A stretch of 55,836 nucleotides of DNA. Origin: a virus (lineage: Duplodnaviria > Caudoviricetes). Position numbers and translations under genes: made by a program. Each line of letters opens with the position of its first letter. The stretch's first letter is position 1. Below the pieces are notes generated by a model, which had not been told where the DNA came from, ran no database searches, and saw only the letters and a list, made by a program, of their open reading frames with translations. The DNA lies in IMG/VR virus record IMGVR_UViG_3300014962_000009, positions 1 to 55,836 of that record; one strand, given 5' to 3'. Shown piece by piece: positions 1-10,279 of this stretch.

Positions 1-3000
1 CACCACCACCACCACCGCCAGTTGAACCTGTTTGAGATTCTAACGGGGGTTCGGTTACAGTTTCTTCAGTAATATCTGTTTCCTCTTCTGTCGGCAAGAC
101 ATCGGTTGGAATAGTTACTGGCAACTCACCAATTCCGCCAAGACCGCCAACAATATTTGTGCCATCAACTCCTGAAGTCCCCCCGGTTTGACCAACCTCA
201 CCAAGACCTCCAAGACCTCCAAGACCGCCGAGTCCTTGAGTTTCCCCTAATGTTCCAGCCCCTGTAGTGTCTACAGTTCCAGTTAACGCCCCCAAACCGG
301 AAGTTTGTCCAGTTCCCTCCGGGGTATTAAATCCTGTAGTTTCGCCGATTCCGGTTGATGTTCCAGTTCCTGAGGTTTCCCCGGTTCCTGTAACTTCACC
401 AATCCCCGTCGATGTTCCAAGATCAGCAATTTCACCAGTTCCTGTTAGCGATCCAAGCCCACCAATTCCCGGCGATTCAATTGGAATTACTTGCCCAATT
501 TCACCAGATCCCTCAGTGCCCGCAGTTACTCCCGGCAGTGGAATTATCTCAGTAGTTCCAGCACCTGTAGAGGATTCAATTCCTTCAGTTCCCCCAGATG
601 TTCCTGACCCAGAAATATCTGTTGTCCCAGCAGTCACCCCACTTAATGCATCAGAAAGCGCTTTTTGTGCCAATTCAGCCTCGAATTGCGCCTGCTGTGC
701 AGCCAAAATATTTTCTAACGTAGGGTCAACTAACGCCTGAACTTTTGCGTCAGTTGCCGCAGTTGTTGCTTCATTTGCCTCATTAAAAACTTGCTCCAGC
801 GGCTTATAAGATAAGTCCTCTGGTTGCGTTGGGGCTGGCGCTGGAGTTGGAGTTGGAGTTGGCGCTGGGAAAGGCTCAACTGGCAATGATTCGGGCTCAG
901 GAGCGGGCGTTGGCTCAGGGACAAACTCAGGCACCGGCTTTGTAATTTCGGCAATCTTAACATTTTCAAGTGCATTTTGAGCCAATTCCGCTTCTAATTG
1001 AGCTCTTTTCGCCGCCTCTTCATTTTCTGGCGTAGGGTAAATCTGTGCAATTACTTCGGCCTCTACAGCAGCATTTATCGCTTCTTCTACTTTTGTTTGA
1101 GCCTCTTCAATAGGTTTTACAATAGGCTCTACTACCAGCTCAGGAACTGGCGTAGGAACTGGCTCAGGAGTAGGCTCAGGAGCAAGCTCAGGAATGGGCT
1201 CAGGAGTGGGCGTCGGAATTGGAACCGGCTCAGGAGCTGGAGTTGGCTCCGGGGTAGGAATAGGCTCTATTACAGAAGGCGACTCAGGAATAACTTCTGG
1301 AATCAGCTCTGGAATAGGCTCTGGAATTAATTCAGGAACAGGTTCAGAAACTGGCTCAGAAGTTGGTTTGGGAGCTTGAGCAGCAAGCTCAGCATTTAAT
1401 GCTTCTGTTGCTATCTGATCAGATGTTTTTGGAAGTTGTGCTGTTGGCACATTTCCAAATAAAGTCTCCTGCAATATGTTTTTATTTAATTCAACCTCTA
1501 ATTCTGCATTTTTTGCAAAATTAATATTTTCAAGCGTCGGATCCAACATTGCCAAAACTTTTGCGTCAATAGCAGTTGCAGCAGATTCATTGACCTTGGC
1601 GTTGATCTGATTAAGATAATCTTTAAAATCTTTATCAAAAGTGCTTACTGCTTCCTGATTTGCTTCAGGTAGAGTATCTTTAGGTAAAGCTCCAATCTCT
1701 GTATTGGCCTTCAAAAGATCTGTGTCGCCAGACAACGCAGCCTTTTTATATGCATCCAAAACCTCAGATTGTTCAGAAGATGTAAGCGGAGTTGTTTCGT
1801 CTCTTTTCCCGCTAACAATAATTTCTGGCAAATATTTGTCTTCGACAGCGTATGGACGAAAATCAACTTCCGGCACATCTATGGGAATATCCGTTGCTGT
1901 GGATTTACCATAAGGGATAATCCCGCCACTCATATCTGCAGCTAATTCAGGGCCGTACTGTTTGCCATAATCAGGGCTTTTAGGTAATGCCTCTGCTTCA
2001 GCAAGTTGCTCTTCAATTGTTTTTGTTTTGGTAGGCTCTACTTCTTGAAGAGTGTTTGTTGGTGTGGGCGCATTTATGGCCTCATCTGCTTTTGCCAAAC
2101 CAAATTCAAGCAACGCATTTTTTGCAGCCTCCTCAGGAGACATGCCAGACGCTACATTTTTTGCAAATTCTGCAGCAGTTGAAGAGGCAGCCTGATCATT
2201 TGTTAATTTTTCTGTTGCGCCGCCTACTACGCCAGCAGCAATACCAGATAACAACGCTTGTTTTACATCACCGCCTAAAAGTGCTGTATTAGAACCAACG
2301 GCAATCGCATTACCCAAAGATTTTTGTATAACAGGATCATTTGTTTTTGATAATCCTGTTACATATTGCGCAACTTGATTAGAAGCCAATCCAGAAAGGG
2401 CTGTTTCTAATGCTTTTTGGGGATCAGCGCCAGCAGCAAGTGAAAAACTTGTGTTAACAATTGCATTACCAACAGCGGTTGATACGCCTAAACTACCAGC
2501 AAGAACACTACCCATCGTTGGCAAGGCAAAAGTTGACATCGCCATTTCGGCAATATCAAAAGCCTTATCTACAAAGCTTTTTTTGTTTTGCCTTGCAAAT
2601 TGCTCTTTGGCATAAACAACGCCATTAGCTTCCGCTTTACCAAGTATTTGTGATATTTCGCTTACAGGCATTTGCTCTTGTGTAAGCAAATACTTTAAAG
2701 TTGGGGTTAATTGTTTTTGATAATCGGAAGCTTGCGCTAAACTTGTTGGATTATTGTATCCAGTCTGGACAATAATATTTTTTACAAGATTATCAACTTG
2801 ATTTAACGCATATTGTTTTGGATTTTTATAAGCATTGTTAATTTTATCAATGAAATGTTGACGAGATTTGTCAAGAGTATTTTTGGTTTGATTTATTCCT
2901 GCTTCAGTATAAAGAAACTCAAGTTGCTCAAGATCGCTTTTTAATGACGGCATTACGTTGCCAAATCCGCCAACAGGCTTTCCATCTTTTAGTATGGAAT

Positions 3001-3238
3001 TTGGCCCACCAGAAACAAACTTTCGTGCATCCTCTACACTTGTAATGCTTTTTGTAGAAGGCTTAGGTGGTGGAGGCGGGGGTGGAAGCTTGGCAATAGC
3101 AGCGGCAATTTTTTTTGCCGCACTTGCATCTAGCGTTGAAGGCTCACCCGTTTTCAGCGGCTCTAGACCAAATTCCTCCCTAGTTGGGCGAGTATTAATT
3201 TTAAGGCCGCCTACAGCCGGAGTTGGACGCTTACCCAT
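1..3238 (-). CDS. Large virion/ejection protein, N-terminal part (>1070 aa; runs off the left edge and continues at 55637-55836)
   Basis: ATG at 3236-3238 (MGKRPTPAVGGLKINTRPTREEFGLE...). The same frame reads poly-Gly at positions 2-19, and spot-checked codons are open. Absent from the ORF track because there is no stop in the window. Contains an Ala/Gly hydrophobic segment and PE/PT repeats. Confidence 0.75.
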   Translation of the reverse strand, partial: MGKRPTPAVGGLKINTRPTREEFGLEPLKTGEPSTLDASAAKKIAAAIAKLPPPPPPPKPSTKSITSVEDARKFVSGGPNSILKDGKPVGGFGNVMPSLKSDLEQLEFLYTEAGINQTKNTLDKSRQHFIDKINNAYKNPKQYALNQVDNLVKNIIVQTGYNNPTSLAQASDYQKQLTPTLKYLLTQEQMPVSEISQILGKAEANGVVYAKEQFARQNKKSFVDKAFDIAEMAMSTFALPTMGSVLAGSLGVSTAVGNAIVNTSFSLAAGADPQKALETALSGLASNQVAQYVTGLSKTNDPVIQKSLGNAIAVGSNTALLGGDVKQALLSGIAAGVVGGATEKLTNDQAASSTAAEFAKNVASGMSPEEAAKNALLEFGLAKADEAINAPTPTNTLQEVEPTKTKTIEEQLAEAEALPKSPDYGKQYGPELAADMSGGIIPYGKSTATDIPIDVPEVDFRPYAVEDKYLPEIIVSGKRDETTPLTSSEQSEVLDAYKKAALSGDTDLLKANTEIGALPKDTLPEANQEAVSTFDKDFKDYLNQINAKVNESAATAIDAKVLAMLDPTLENINFAKNAELEVELNKNILQETLFGNVPTAQLPKTSDQIATEALNAELAAQAPKPTSEPVSEPVPELIPEPIPELIPEVIPESPSVIEPIPTPEPTPAPEPVPIPTPTPEPIPELAPEPTPEPVPTPVPELVVEPIVKPIEEAQTKVEEAINAAVEAEVIAQIYPTPENEEAAKRAQLEAELAQNALENVKIAEITKPVPEFVPEPTPAPEPESLPVEPFPAPTPTPTPAPAPTQPEDLSYKPLEQVFNEANEATTAATDAKVQALVDPTLENILAAQQAQFEAELAQKALSDALSGVTAGTTDISGSGTSGGTEGIESSTGAGTTEIIPLPGVTAGTEGSGEIGQVIPIESPGIGGLGSLTGTGEIADLGTSTGIGEVTGTGETSGTGTSTGIGETTGFNTPEGTGQTSGLGALTGTVDTTGAGTLGETQGLGGLGGLGGLGEVGQTGGTSGVDGTNIVGGLGGIGELPVTIPTDVLPTEEETDITEETVTEPPLESQTGSTGGGGGG
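1130..1380 (-). repeat. Low-complexity Pro-Glu/Pro-Thr coding repeats (PEPIPEPTPEP...)
   Basis: Repeated ggctcagga-type units on the plus strand. Confidence 0.8.
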
Positions 3239-3258
3239 TTTTTATTCCAAAAAATTAT

Positions 3259-3507
3259 TTATTTTGGTTGAATTGAACCTACAACAGCCTGTGCCCAATC
3301 CTGCCAGTCATTAAAAACAGCAGGGCCCGGTATACCTTCATTGGTAAAAACATCAATTGCTTTCAGTCCCTCACCCCATTGACGCCAATCCGTATGAGCG
3401 TCTGGTATGGATAGTTGCTGCGTGGCATAAAGCTCACACATTAAAGATGCCCAAGAATCAAACGTATGCCCCCTCGGATCATAAATAAGCGCTACATTAG
3501 CCATCAA
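3259..3507 (-). CDS. Small Trp-rich conserved phage structural protein
   Basis: 82 aa ORF coupled to the nozzle gene, with a DWQDWA motif. Confidence 0.6.
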   Translation of the reverse strand: MMANVALIYDPRGHTFDSWASLMCELYATQQLSIPDAHTDWRQWGEGLKAIDVFTNEGIPGPAVFNDWQDWAQAVVGSIQPK

Positions 3508-5309
3508 TAACCCCTTACGTCGCCAATATTGGCCGACAACAGTAACCGTCCAAGCTGATAATCGCCATTAATGGTATTAGATACGAATTTAAGCCTACAC
3601 TCACGACGCTGTTCGCGCATATCAATCTTTCCAGTATCTGGACTAAAAACATATGGGGCGGAAGTGTCATCCTGCTCCTGCGCATACGGGCGACCAATAA
3701 CATATAGTTCCATGTCTCCAGTCTGCAGGAAATCAGGCTCAACCCGCTCAATATGCAGCCAGAAATTATCCCCTATTGGAGATGGCTGTGAGGGGCCTCC
3801 AGATATCCATCCAAGATCGGAAGTTTCAAAGTAGCTTTCAATGGCATTAACTTGGGCATTTTTAATCTCATTCGTACCAAATTCATGCTGCCACAAGGAG
3901 ACAAAGCTCATTACATGCGTCAAGGTAATCTTGAAATTCGTTCCGCCGCCGGGTAAGGCATAAGTCAGGTTATCGCCTACCGTATAACCCGTACCGTTTG
4001 CCGTGATTACCACACCGGTAACAACCCCCAAAGCAACCGTAATCGTTGCTTTAGCCCCAGTCCCGGTGCCACCCGTCATTGATACATCTGTGTAGGTACC
4101 ATTGGTATAGCCAGAGCCAGCAGTCAAAGTGAACAGGTTTGCACCGCCAGTTGCGTTGATATATGTCCCAGCATTGATTGGGTAGTGGAAAACCTGAGAG
4201 AAGAAACCAGCAGAGCGACGGGCCCCTAAAGCCTCGCCAGCGTCATACCATGTCTGTTCACGGATGTTGTAAACAATCGCGTCATTGCATTCCGTAGAAT
4301 CACCCCGAGGATAAAACCACCAGATCTCACCGAATCGAGGAACCTTAGTCGCATACACCTTCTGGCGCTGAGCGTAGTTGAGATTATCAAAGAACCAATT
4401 CTGGTTCATGTTGTTGGGTATTTCTTTGACAACGCCGTTGTACATCAAGAAGCGGTCAACGCCACACCAATAATAAATACCGTCGTACTCAATCACTGAC
4501 TGAGAAGACAATATAGAAGACTGACTGGAAATAATGTCGTATCGCCAGTACAAGGTTGTTGTGGTGACGCCCGAGGTAATGGTGGTTGGGTTATACGATA
4601 CCCGGATCAACGAATCCAAAGACCAGAATAAGCCAGACGGTGAGTTAGATCCGCCTCGAACCGGCAAACCTTGGACAATCTTTGTTCCAGCCACATTGGT
4701 TTCATTAGAATCTGCCCCAGTCCAATCTGTCGGATCTCCGGCTGCGCAGTTCTTAATTAGTCCATTATTCCCATATACAAACAAATAAGGGTGCAAGACA
4801 ACGCACCCGCCACTCACCGAAACAGGATTCATGCCATCCATCACTGCGGTCATGGTGGTGCCAGTAATGTCGCCAATCAAAACAGGCGTATTTGTGCTAC
4901 TGGAAATATCGCTTAGGTTTTGTCCCGGATGGGCTATTAAAGACTCTTGGCCGCCGCCAGTGGTGTCATATAAAGTATCAAATTGCCATAAATTATTTAC
5001 ATCTGGCGTAAAGTTGGAAAGCGTAAAGTTGCTTACACCAGAGCCAACCCCATTGTTATCAATCGGGATAACTTGCAGGCCATCAGAATAGCCATTAAAT
5101 ACGTAGCTGAAATTGTTTTGGACATTGACGTAAATACCCCTCGACGGGCCAGCCATGTTTCCAACAATTTGACGGTAACCGAACATCTTACGAGGACGGC
5201 CACGCTGAAATCTTACCCAGCGACCATCGTTGTAAAATTGCTTGTCAAGAACCGTGCCGTCCCGCTGTATTCCGGGTTTTGTGTCTGGACTAAATACTTT
5301 TTTAGTCAT
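3504..5309 (-). CDS. Podovirus tail nozzle/hub (tail tubular B / P22 gp10-like) with a Gly/Thr-rich insertion
   Basis: 601 aa, beta-rich. VRFQRGRPRK near the N-terminus and GEIWWFYP are typical of this family; it lies just upstream of the ejection genes. Confidence 0.65.
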   Translation of the reverse strand: MTKKVFSPDTKPGIQRDGTVLDKQFYNDGRWVRFQRGRPRKMFGYRQIVGNMAGPSRGIYVNVQNNFSYVFNGYSDGLQVIPIDNNGVGSGVSNFTLSNFTPDVNNLWQFDTLYDTTGGGQESLIAHPGQNLSDISSSTNTPVLIGDITGTTMTAVMDGMNPVSVSGGCVVLHPYLFVYGNNGLIKNCAAGDPTDWTGADSNETNVAGTKIVQGLPVRGGSNSPSGLFWSLDSLIRVSYNPTTITSGVTTTTLYWRYDIISSQSSILSSQSVIEYDGIYYWCGVDRFLMYNGVVKEIPNNMNQNWFFDNLNYAQRQKVYATKVPRFGEIWWFYPRGDSTECNDAIVYNIREQTWYDAGEALGARRSAGFFSQVFHYPINAGTYINATGGANLFTLTAGSGYTNGTYTDVSMTGGTGTGAKATITVALGVVTGVVITANGTGYTVGDNLTYALPGGGTNFKITLTHVMSFVSLWQHEFGTNEIKNAQVNAIESYFETSDLGWISGGPSQPSPIGDNFWLHIERVEPDFLQTGDMELYVIGRPYAQEQDDTSAPYVFSPDTGKIDMREQRRECRLKFVSNTINGDYQLGRLLLSANIGDVRGY

Positions 5310-6544
5310 GGGAATATTCCGCCAGCAATACCATTTGTAAAGTTGCCAGTACCAATGACATTCATACCAGACGCAGTCAACTCAACCAAGTCAGATCCCA
5401 ATACAGCAATATTCATTTGACCAACGCCCGGATGGTAAAGGCCCGTACTCGTTTCAGAAGCAAAATTAAGAGCCGGGGTTCCAACGGTGCCGTTAACCAA
5501 ACTAATATTAGTAGCGCCAGCTTGAATGGTATTGGCATTCAAAAAGTTGGTGCCATCGCAAATCAATGTGACTTGTTGCCCCGGAGGAATAACTGCATTA
5601 GCGCCTCCAACTATCCCCGTGGTTATCGTCAATGAATAACCATTGTCAGTTACCTGATTGGAAATCACATACAAATTAACTGCAGGCGGATACTGGGCTA
5701 TGACATTGCCTGAAAGAATACCAACGTACTCTTGAATTGTGTTTGATGCCTCACTGGGCGTAATTAAATAGGTTCCAGAGGTAACTGGCTTTACAAGTGC
5801 CGTAAAAGCAAACGTAGAGCTTTGGCCGTATCCAATTGTGACAAATTCAGCTCCGGTGCAGATAACAAATGCCGACTCATCAGGAGCAAAGTTTTTTGTC
5901 AAATTGCCGTCAATGGTATTTGCGCCAGTGCAATTTACAATCAGAGTTCCTGTTCCATTGTTTTTCAGCAAGAAGAACCAGTTATTACCAATTGTTGAAG
6001 CACTCGGCAACGTAACTGAGCCAGATCCAGATGACCAGATCTTTGTTTGAGCTCGGTCATTTGCAACAAACGTGTACCCATTTACAAAGGAAGAGGCAGG
6101 ATGTCCTTGATTTAGAGTGGTCGATATGGCGACCAAGCCAAGACCAGCCAATACGCTGGCATCCGGACTAGAGGTTGTCGATCCAAAAGCAATAACCCCC
6201 CATATGCCAGCAGCAGATGAGTTGTCAGTAATATAAATATATTGAGCTTTTCCTGATTGAACCGTGCAAATTACGCCGCCGTTGTTGTCCAGAACATCAA
6301 AATCATATGCGCCGAAGTTATTAAGCAGGCAGTCCGTTCCTACCGATGTTTGATCGGCCGCAGGCATCGTCAAGGTGCGGCCTGCAGCGTTCGCAGTAAC
6401 GTCAATAATGCGGGAGGCATAGATATCACTACCCGTGGCAAAAGTCGGCCATACGAGCGTTTTATTTGTTGTCAGCGATATCTCTTGATAGCTGACATCG
6501 GTTGGGATAATGACATTCCCGGTGAACGGACTAGTAAAAGTCAT
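5306..6544 (-). CDS. Tail structural/fibre-attachment protein
   Basis: 412 aa, beta-rich, between adaptor and nozzle. Confidence 0.55.
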   Translation of the reverse strand: MTFTSPFTGNVIIPTDVSYQEISLTTNKTLVWPTFATGSDIYASRIIDVTANAAGRTLTMPAADQTSVGTDCLLNNFGAYDFDVLDNNGGVICTVQSGKAQYIYITDNSSAAGIWGVIAFGSTTSSPDASVLAGLGLVAISTTLNQGHPASSFVNGYTFVANDRAQTKIWSSGSGSVTLPSASTIGNNWFFLLKNNGTGTLIVNCTGANTIDGNLTKNFAPDESAFVICTGAEFVTIGYGQSSTFAFTALVKPVTSGTYLITPSEASNTIQEYVGILSGNVIAQYPPAVNLYVISNQVTDNGYSLTITTGIVGGANAVIPPGQQVTLICDGTNFLNANTIQAGATNISLVNGTVGTPALNFASETSTGLYHPGVGQMNIAVLGSDLVELTASGMNVIGTGNFTNGIAGGIFP

Positions 6545-6546
6545 AA

Positions 6547-7176
6547 TTAGCTATCCTGAGAAATTGCCTGACGGTCACCCAAACGTTGGATATTTTCCGT
6601 CTTCAGTTGAGCAACGATCTTGTCGTATTCTGCTCTCCACATAGGCATCCGTTCATCATTTTTCAGGAACGGCATGGCCTGCAGCAGGGAGCCATACAAC
6701 ATGGCTTGCGGGGCATATTGGGTAAACCAGTTGGTCTGATTGGTACTATCCAAAGGCTGCACCTCTTCGTAATACATCACCTCAAAGTCATAAGCTGCGG
6801 CAGGTGTAGGCACTACCAGCCAATGCGTATAGTCATAATCGCCGTAATACTTCGGAACGCCTTCTTCAGCTTCATCAGGCCAATACTGGCGCATGTATTC
6901 ATAAGTCCGCAGGAAAACAGGCTGCCGCACCCCGGCCACAGTGACGTTCATAGAAACCGTCTTGCGCCAGCGGGCAGGCTTGGTGATCACGGGATTTCCG
7001 GACACCATGTTTGATTGATTGACGGTCAGGTTGCCAAGAAACTTGATTTCGCTGGCAAGCGTCTGCTCGGCCAGCATAATGAATGTTGGGATCTTGTTCA
7101 GGGTTGCAGTATCTGTACGCTCCAGATAGCTGGAAATATCGTTATAAAGCGACGTGTAAGTCATTGAGACAGCCAT
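6547..7176 (-). CDS. Head-tail adaptor (tail tubular A-like)
   Basis: IPTFIMLAE, PKYY...PTP..AY...Y and LYGSLLQA.PFLKNDER motifs. Likely start is the ATG at 7176, overlapping the upstream stop. Confidence 0.7.
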   Translation of the reverse strand: MAVSMTYTSLYNDISSYLERTDTATLNKIPTFIMLAEQTLASEIKFLGNLTVNQSNMVSGNPVITKPARWRKTVSMNVTVAGVRQPVFLRTYEYMRQYWPDEAEEGVPKYYGDYDYTHWLVVPTPAAAYDFEVMYYEEVQPLDSTNQTNWFTQYAPQAMLYGSLLQAMPFLKNDERMPMWRAEYDKIVAQLKTENIQRLGDRQAISQDS

Positions 7177-7343
7177 TACCAACCACCTTTCTTGGCCTTG
7201 GCACCCTGCAAATTAGCTACCAGAGACGGATATTTGGTGCCGGTTTTCTTGGCAAATGCCTTGGCGGCCTTCTTCTGATTGGGGCTCAGCTTTTCGGGCT
7301 TCCCCAAATCCTTTGGCCTTGGTTTCTCCCAAACTTCTTTCAT
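7176..7343 (-). CDS. Small basic protein (55 aa) ending AKKGGW
   Basis: Read by hand: MKEVWEKPRPKDLGKPEKLSPNQKKAAKAFAKKTGTKYPSLVANLQGAKAKKGGW. Confidence 0.7.
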   Translation of the reverse strand: MKEVWEKPRPKDLGKPEKLSPNQKKAAKAFAKKTGTKYPSLVANLQGAKAKKGGW

Positions 7344-7366
7344 TTCTTACCCCAATTGAATGTTTA

Positions 7367-7879
7367 TCAACTTAGCATGGTTTCTGCGTGGGTTTTGACT
7401 TCCGCCAGACGGCGCATCCACCCTTTACCGAAAGTCGCAAACGTAGGCAAACTGCGGTAAAACGCTTCCTTTTCTGCACTGAATTTTGCCACCAATTCGC
7501 CCTGATTGGCAGCTTTTAACGCCGCCATGGTCTTAGGGCCAATAACACCATCTGGAGTTGCTCCGATGGTTTTCTGCATGGTCTTAATCGCCCGTCCGGG
7601 GCCAGCATTGACCGCAAAGTCAAACATCAGGTAATCCAGACCGTCCGGCATCTCATCGCCTTTGACCGCATCCCAATACTTTTTGCGGTACATCGGGGCC
7701 ACCGCCTCAGGCGTTAATGCCCGCATTGTCTTTTCATCAACAGTGCGGCCAACCCATTCTTCCCAGACCTTTTTGGTTACGCCCAAATTGGTCATACCGC
7801 CGGGATCTTTAGGGTGATTTACAAAACCACCCTCATGAAGCAAGACGGCTTGCAGTGCGGCCCTAAAGTTCTCTTTCAT
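7367..7879 (-). CDS. Endolysin, glycoside hydrolase family 108 with peptidoglycan-binding domain
   Basis: HEGGFVNHPKDPGGMTNLGVT, FDFAVNAG, DGVIGPKT and FGKGW.RR motifs. Confidence 0.93.
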   Translation of the reverse strand: MKENFRAALQAVLLHEGGFVNHPKDPGGMTNLGVTKKVWEEWVGRTVDEKTMRALTPEAVAPMYRKKYWDAVKGDEMPDGLDYLMFDFAVNAGPGRAIKTMQKTIGATPDGVIGPKTMAALKAANQGELVAKFSAEKEAFYRSLPTFATFGKGWMRRLAEVKTHAETMLS

Positions 7880-8046
7880 TTCTTGTCAGGCGCAATGATC
7901 CCAATCAGACCCACAATAGCCAGTCCGGTACTGACAATAGCTTCAGCCATCTGAGGCGCAATAGGAATACCAATTGCCGTCAGGAACATCAAAGCGCCGC
8001 GCCATGTGGATGGTTCTTTGGCTCGTGCAAGAAGATATGATTTCAT
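7876..8046 (-). CDS. Holin (56 aa, two hydrophobic segments)
   Basis: MKSYLLARAKEPSTWRGALMFLTAIGI...; ATGA overlap with the endolysin. Confidence 0.75.
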   Translation of the reverse strand: MKSYLLARAKEPSTWRGALMFLTAIGIPIAPQMAEAIVSTGLAIVGLIGIIAPDKK

Positions 8047-8093
8047 GTCGTTTCCTTATTAACAATTAACAAATATTACGCCATCATTTAAAT

Positions 8094-8204
8094 TTAACCG
8101 CCAAAAGAAATATCCGCTATTGGCGCACCAGAAAAAGAGCCGTCAGACACAACAGCTACGCCACCGCCAGCACCACCAAAAAAAGAAATGATAATCCCGC
8201 TCAT
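8094..8204 (-). CDS. 36 aa Gly-rich peptide
   Basis: MSGIIISFFGGAGGGVAVVSDGSFSGAPIADISFGG; ATGA-coupled to the upstream gene. Confidence 0.45.
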   Translation of the reverse strand: MSGIIISFFGGAGGGVAVVSDGSFSGAPIADISFGG

Positions 8205-8470
8205 GCCATTCCCCTCATAAAGACAACCGTGTCAGCGTCAATAAACACTGCATTGACTATACTGCGCGGAGGAAACTCAATAAACCGATGCTTCTTGGTG
8301 TATCCAGAACGATAGCTATTGGCCACGTCACACTGAATAGATCCAAACTCATCCCGGTTATTGAACAAAATCAACATATCGCCTTGCGAAAATTCCCCGA
8401 ATGGAATTATCACCACCGAGGAATTTTCTATATTGACTATCTTATTTGCATGTTCCTTTGTTAACTTCAT
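8201..8470 (-). CDS. Diverged paralogue of the C-terminal domain of 14443-14913
   Basis: IIPFGEFSQGDMLILFNN aligns with EIPNSTFSAGDAVLVFNN. Confidence 0.65.
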   Translation of the reverse strand: MKLTKEHANKIVNIENSSVVIIPFGEFSQGDMLILFNNRDEFGSIQCDVANSYRSGYTKKHRFIEFPPRSIVNAVFIDADTVVFMRGMA

Positions 8471-8898
8471 GGCTTTGGATATTTGGCCTTAATCGCTTCA
8501 ATCTTTGCGGCCATCTCAGCCGCAGCAGCGCCGCCCTTCCACATCGCCCCAAGTTGCTCTGCCAAAGAAGGATATTCAGCGCGGCGCTTAGCGTAATAGT
8601 CTGGCACGTCAGGGCGGACAATCTCTGACTTGTCGATAGGAACAGTCGTTGTCTTACCCGTCATCGGATCAGGAATTTCCCTTGTCTTAGGCGTCAGAGC
8701 TGTCCACGCGGCTTCCTTGGCATCGATGTCAGCCTTGATCGCAGCCTCTTTAGAAGCAAGATAGGCCGACAGATCCGCGCCCGGAGGAACAAAAGTCTGC
8801 CAGTCATAAGACCGACCGTTATGCTGAACTTTCAGATACGCAAGGCTGCGCTCTTCACCTTCAATATTAGAAGCCAACCCTTCAAGAGATACACTCAT
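8467..8898 (-). CDS. Tail-fibre assembly chaperone-like protein
   Basis: C-terminal YYAKRRAEYPSLAEQL...IKAKYPKP, a motif typical of small genes that follow fibre genes. Confidence 0.55.
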   Translation of the reverse strand: MSVSLEGLASNIEGEERSLAYLKVQHNGRSYDWQTFVPPGADLSAYLASKEAAIKADIDAKEAAWTALTPKTREIPDPMTGKTTTVPIDKSEIVRPDVPDYYAKRRAEYPSLAEQLGAMWKGGAAAAEMAAKIEAIKAKYPKP

Positions 8899-10250
8899 TT
8901 TATTGCCTCCAACCTAAAGTTTTTGCCCGGATGCTGCCCAGTTGCGGGCAGAATCTTGATGTCTTTAAATCCCACATGCGTACACAAGTCAGACAACGTC
9001 TTCGGTGTATAGCCCCAGAGATGAGGGGACAATGCACCTTTCTCTTCCGTTTCAGGCGTGATTCTGTCCACATGCGCCCCAAAGATACACATCGCCGTCA
9101 TGTGCTGCTCTGTGCCTTCCTGCTCCAAAAAATCCTTGCACAGCCCTGCCAAGTCCGGCAATTCCATAACAAGTTTGCCGCCTTCCTTCAGTGTGTTCAA
9201 CCATTTTCCCAAAACCTCCGGCGCACGGTGTTGCGGGATATGTTCAATGACATGGCTGGCAAATATCTCGTCAGCGCAGCCCTGAGGCAGATCCAACTTC
9301 ATGATGTCTTGCTTGATGTCGGCCGTGTCGCTGTGCATATCCACGCCCATATAGCCTTCCAAGCGATCCCGCCCACAGCCCATATTGAACCGGATTGGCT
9401 GGCCCTCTGCCATCATTTGGGCAAGGATCGCTTTGTACCCAGCAGTCGCGCCTGTGCCTTCTGGCAGACGATCAGCCCAGCGGCGATCAATGAACTCCTT
9501 GTCGTCCAGCGTCAGCGGTCTGGTCGGCGGGATGTTCGTGTAATAGTTCTTCAAGTCTACAGACGGATGAGCGGTATACATGCCGCTGGCCAAATCCATG
9601 TGCAAACACTGAACGTCCGTATTCACCAACAATTTCGTGCCGCGTTTGTGCAGTCGGTGGACAAAGAAATTGTCCTCACCAATGAACGGGATTTCACCAT
9701 TGATGTTGTTGCCGATGCAGCAAAATGGCATATCCGGCGCTTCTTCTTTCATCTGTTTCAAGAGCGCAATCGGAATCAGCATGATGTCCATACCGGTCTG
9801 CCACGCTTCAATCAACTGCCCCGGATCGACGTTCGGGATGGTGATCCAATCCCCCTCGCGCACCATAATCATCGCGTCTGAACACTTGATGTAATAAACA
9901 CCCGTCACCACCGCGCCGGGGTTTTCTTCGGCGGTCTTCAGCAGCTTCTTGAATCCGTCGTAAGGAACAACCGTGTCCTCGCCGATGAAGAGCATATATT
10001 TAGCCCCTGATTCAAGGGCCTGCTCGATCAGGTAATTGCGGGCCACGTCCACCTTCTCGCCGCCAATGTTCACAAAGCCGTGAGAAAATCCCATCAGGTC
10101 GATGTGCAGCCCTTCGTAACCATCAAAATTTTGTGCTGCGGTTTCTTCTAAGTTCCTTCTAGGCTGAGCAATTACAACGTAAGGTTTTATGGTTTTGGAT
10201 TCGTCGTAAATTTCTTGCATCGTATTTATTATTTTTTCCCTGCTATACAT
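8895..10250 (-). CDS. Glycosyltransferase (GT-A/GT2-like) fused to class I SAM methyltransferase
   Basis: N-terminal ARNYLI...LFIGEDTVVP and GEDNFFVHRL. C-terminal FNMGCG...GVD...ASHVIEH...LKEGG.L.MELPD. Confidence 0.8.
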   Translation of the reverse strand: MYSREKIINTMQEIYDESKTIKPYVVIAQPRRNLEETAAQNFDGYEGLHIDLMGFSHGFVNIGGEKVDVARNYLIEQALESGAKYMLFIGEDTVVPYDGFKKLLKTAEENPGAVVTGVYYIKCSDAMIMVREGDWITIPNVDPGQLIEAWQTGMDIMLIPIALLKQMKEEAPDMPFCCIGNNINGEIPFIGEDNFFVHRLHKRGTKLLVNTDVQCLHMDLASGMYTAHPSVDLKNYYTNIPPTRPLTLDDKEFIDRRWADRLPEGTGATAGYKAILAQMMAEGQPIRFNMGCGRDRLEGYMGVDMHSDTADIKQDIMKLDLPQGCADEIFASHVIEHIPQHRAPEVLGKWLNTLKEGGKLVMELPDLAGLCKDFLEQEGTEQHMTAMCIFGAHVDRITPETEEKGALSPHLWGYTPKTLSDLCTHVGFKDIKILPATGQHPGKNFRLEAIK

Positions 10251-10279
10251 ATTCCCTCCTTGCTGTGGTTGAACAATTA

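Noticed and set aside
267-3314. Plus-strand ORFs at the left end, and long antisense ORFs elsewhere (e.g. 8931-9881, 23115-23792, 28290-29087)
   Set aside because: Shadow frames of real minus-strand genes.
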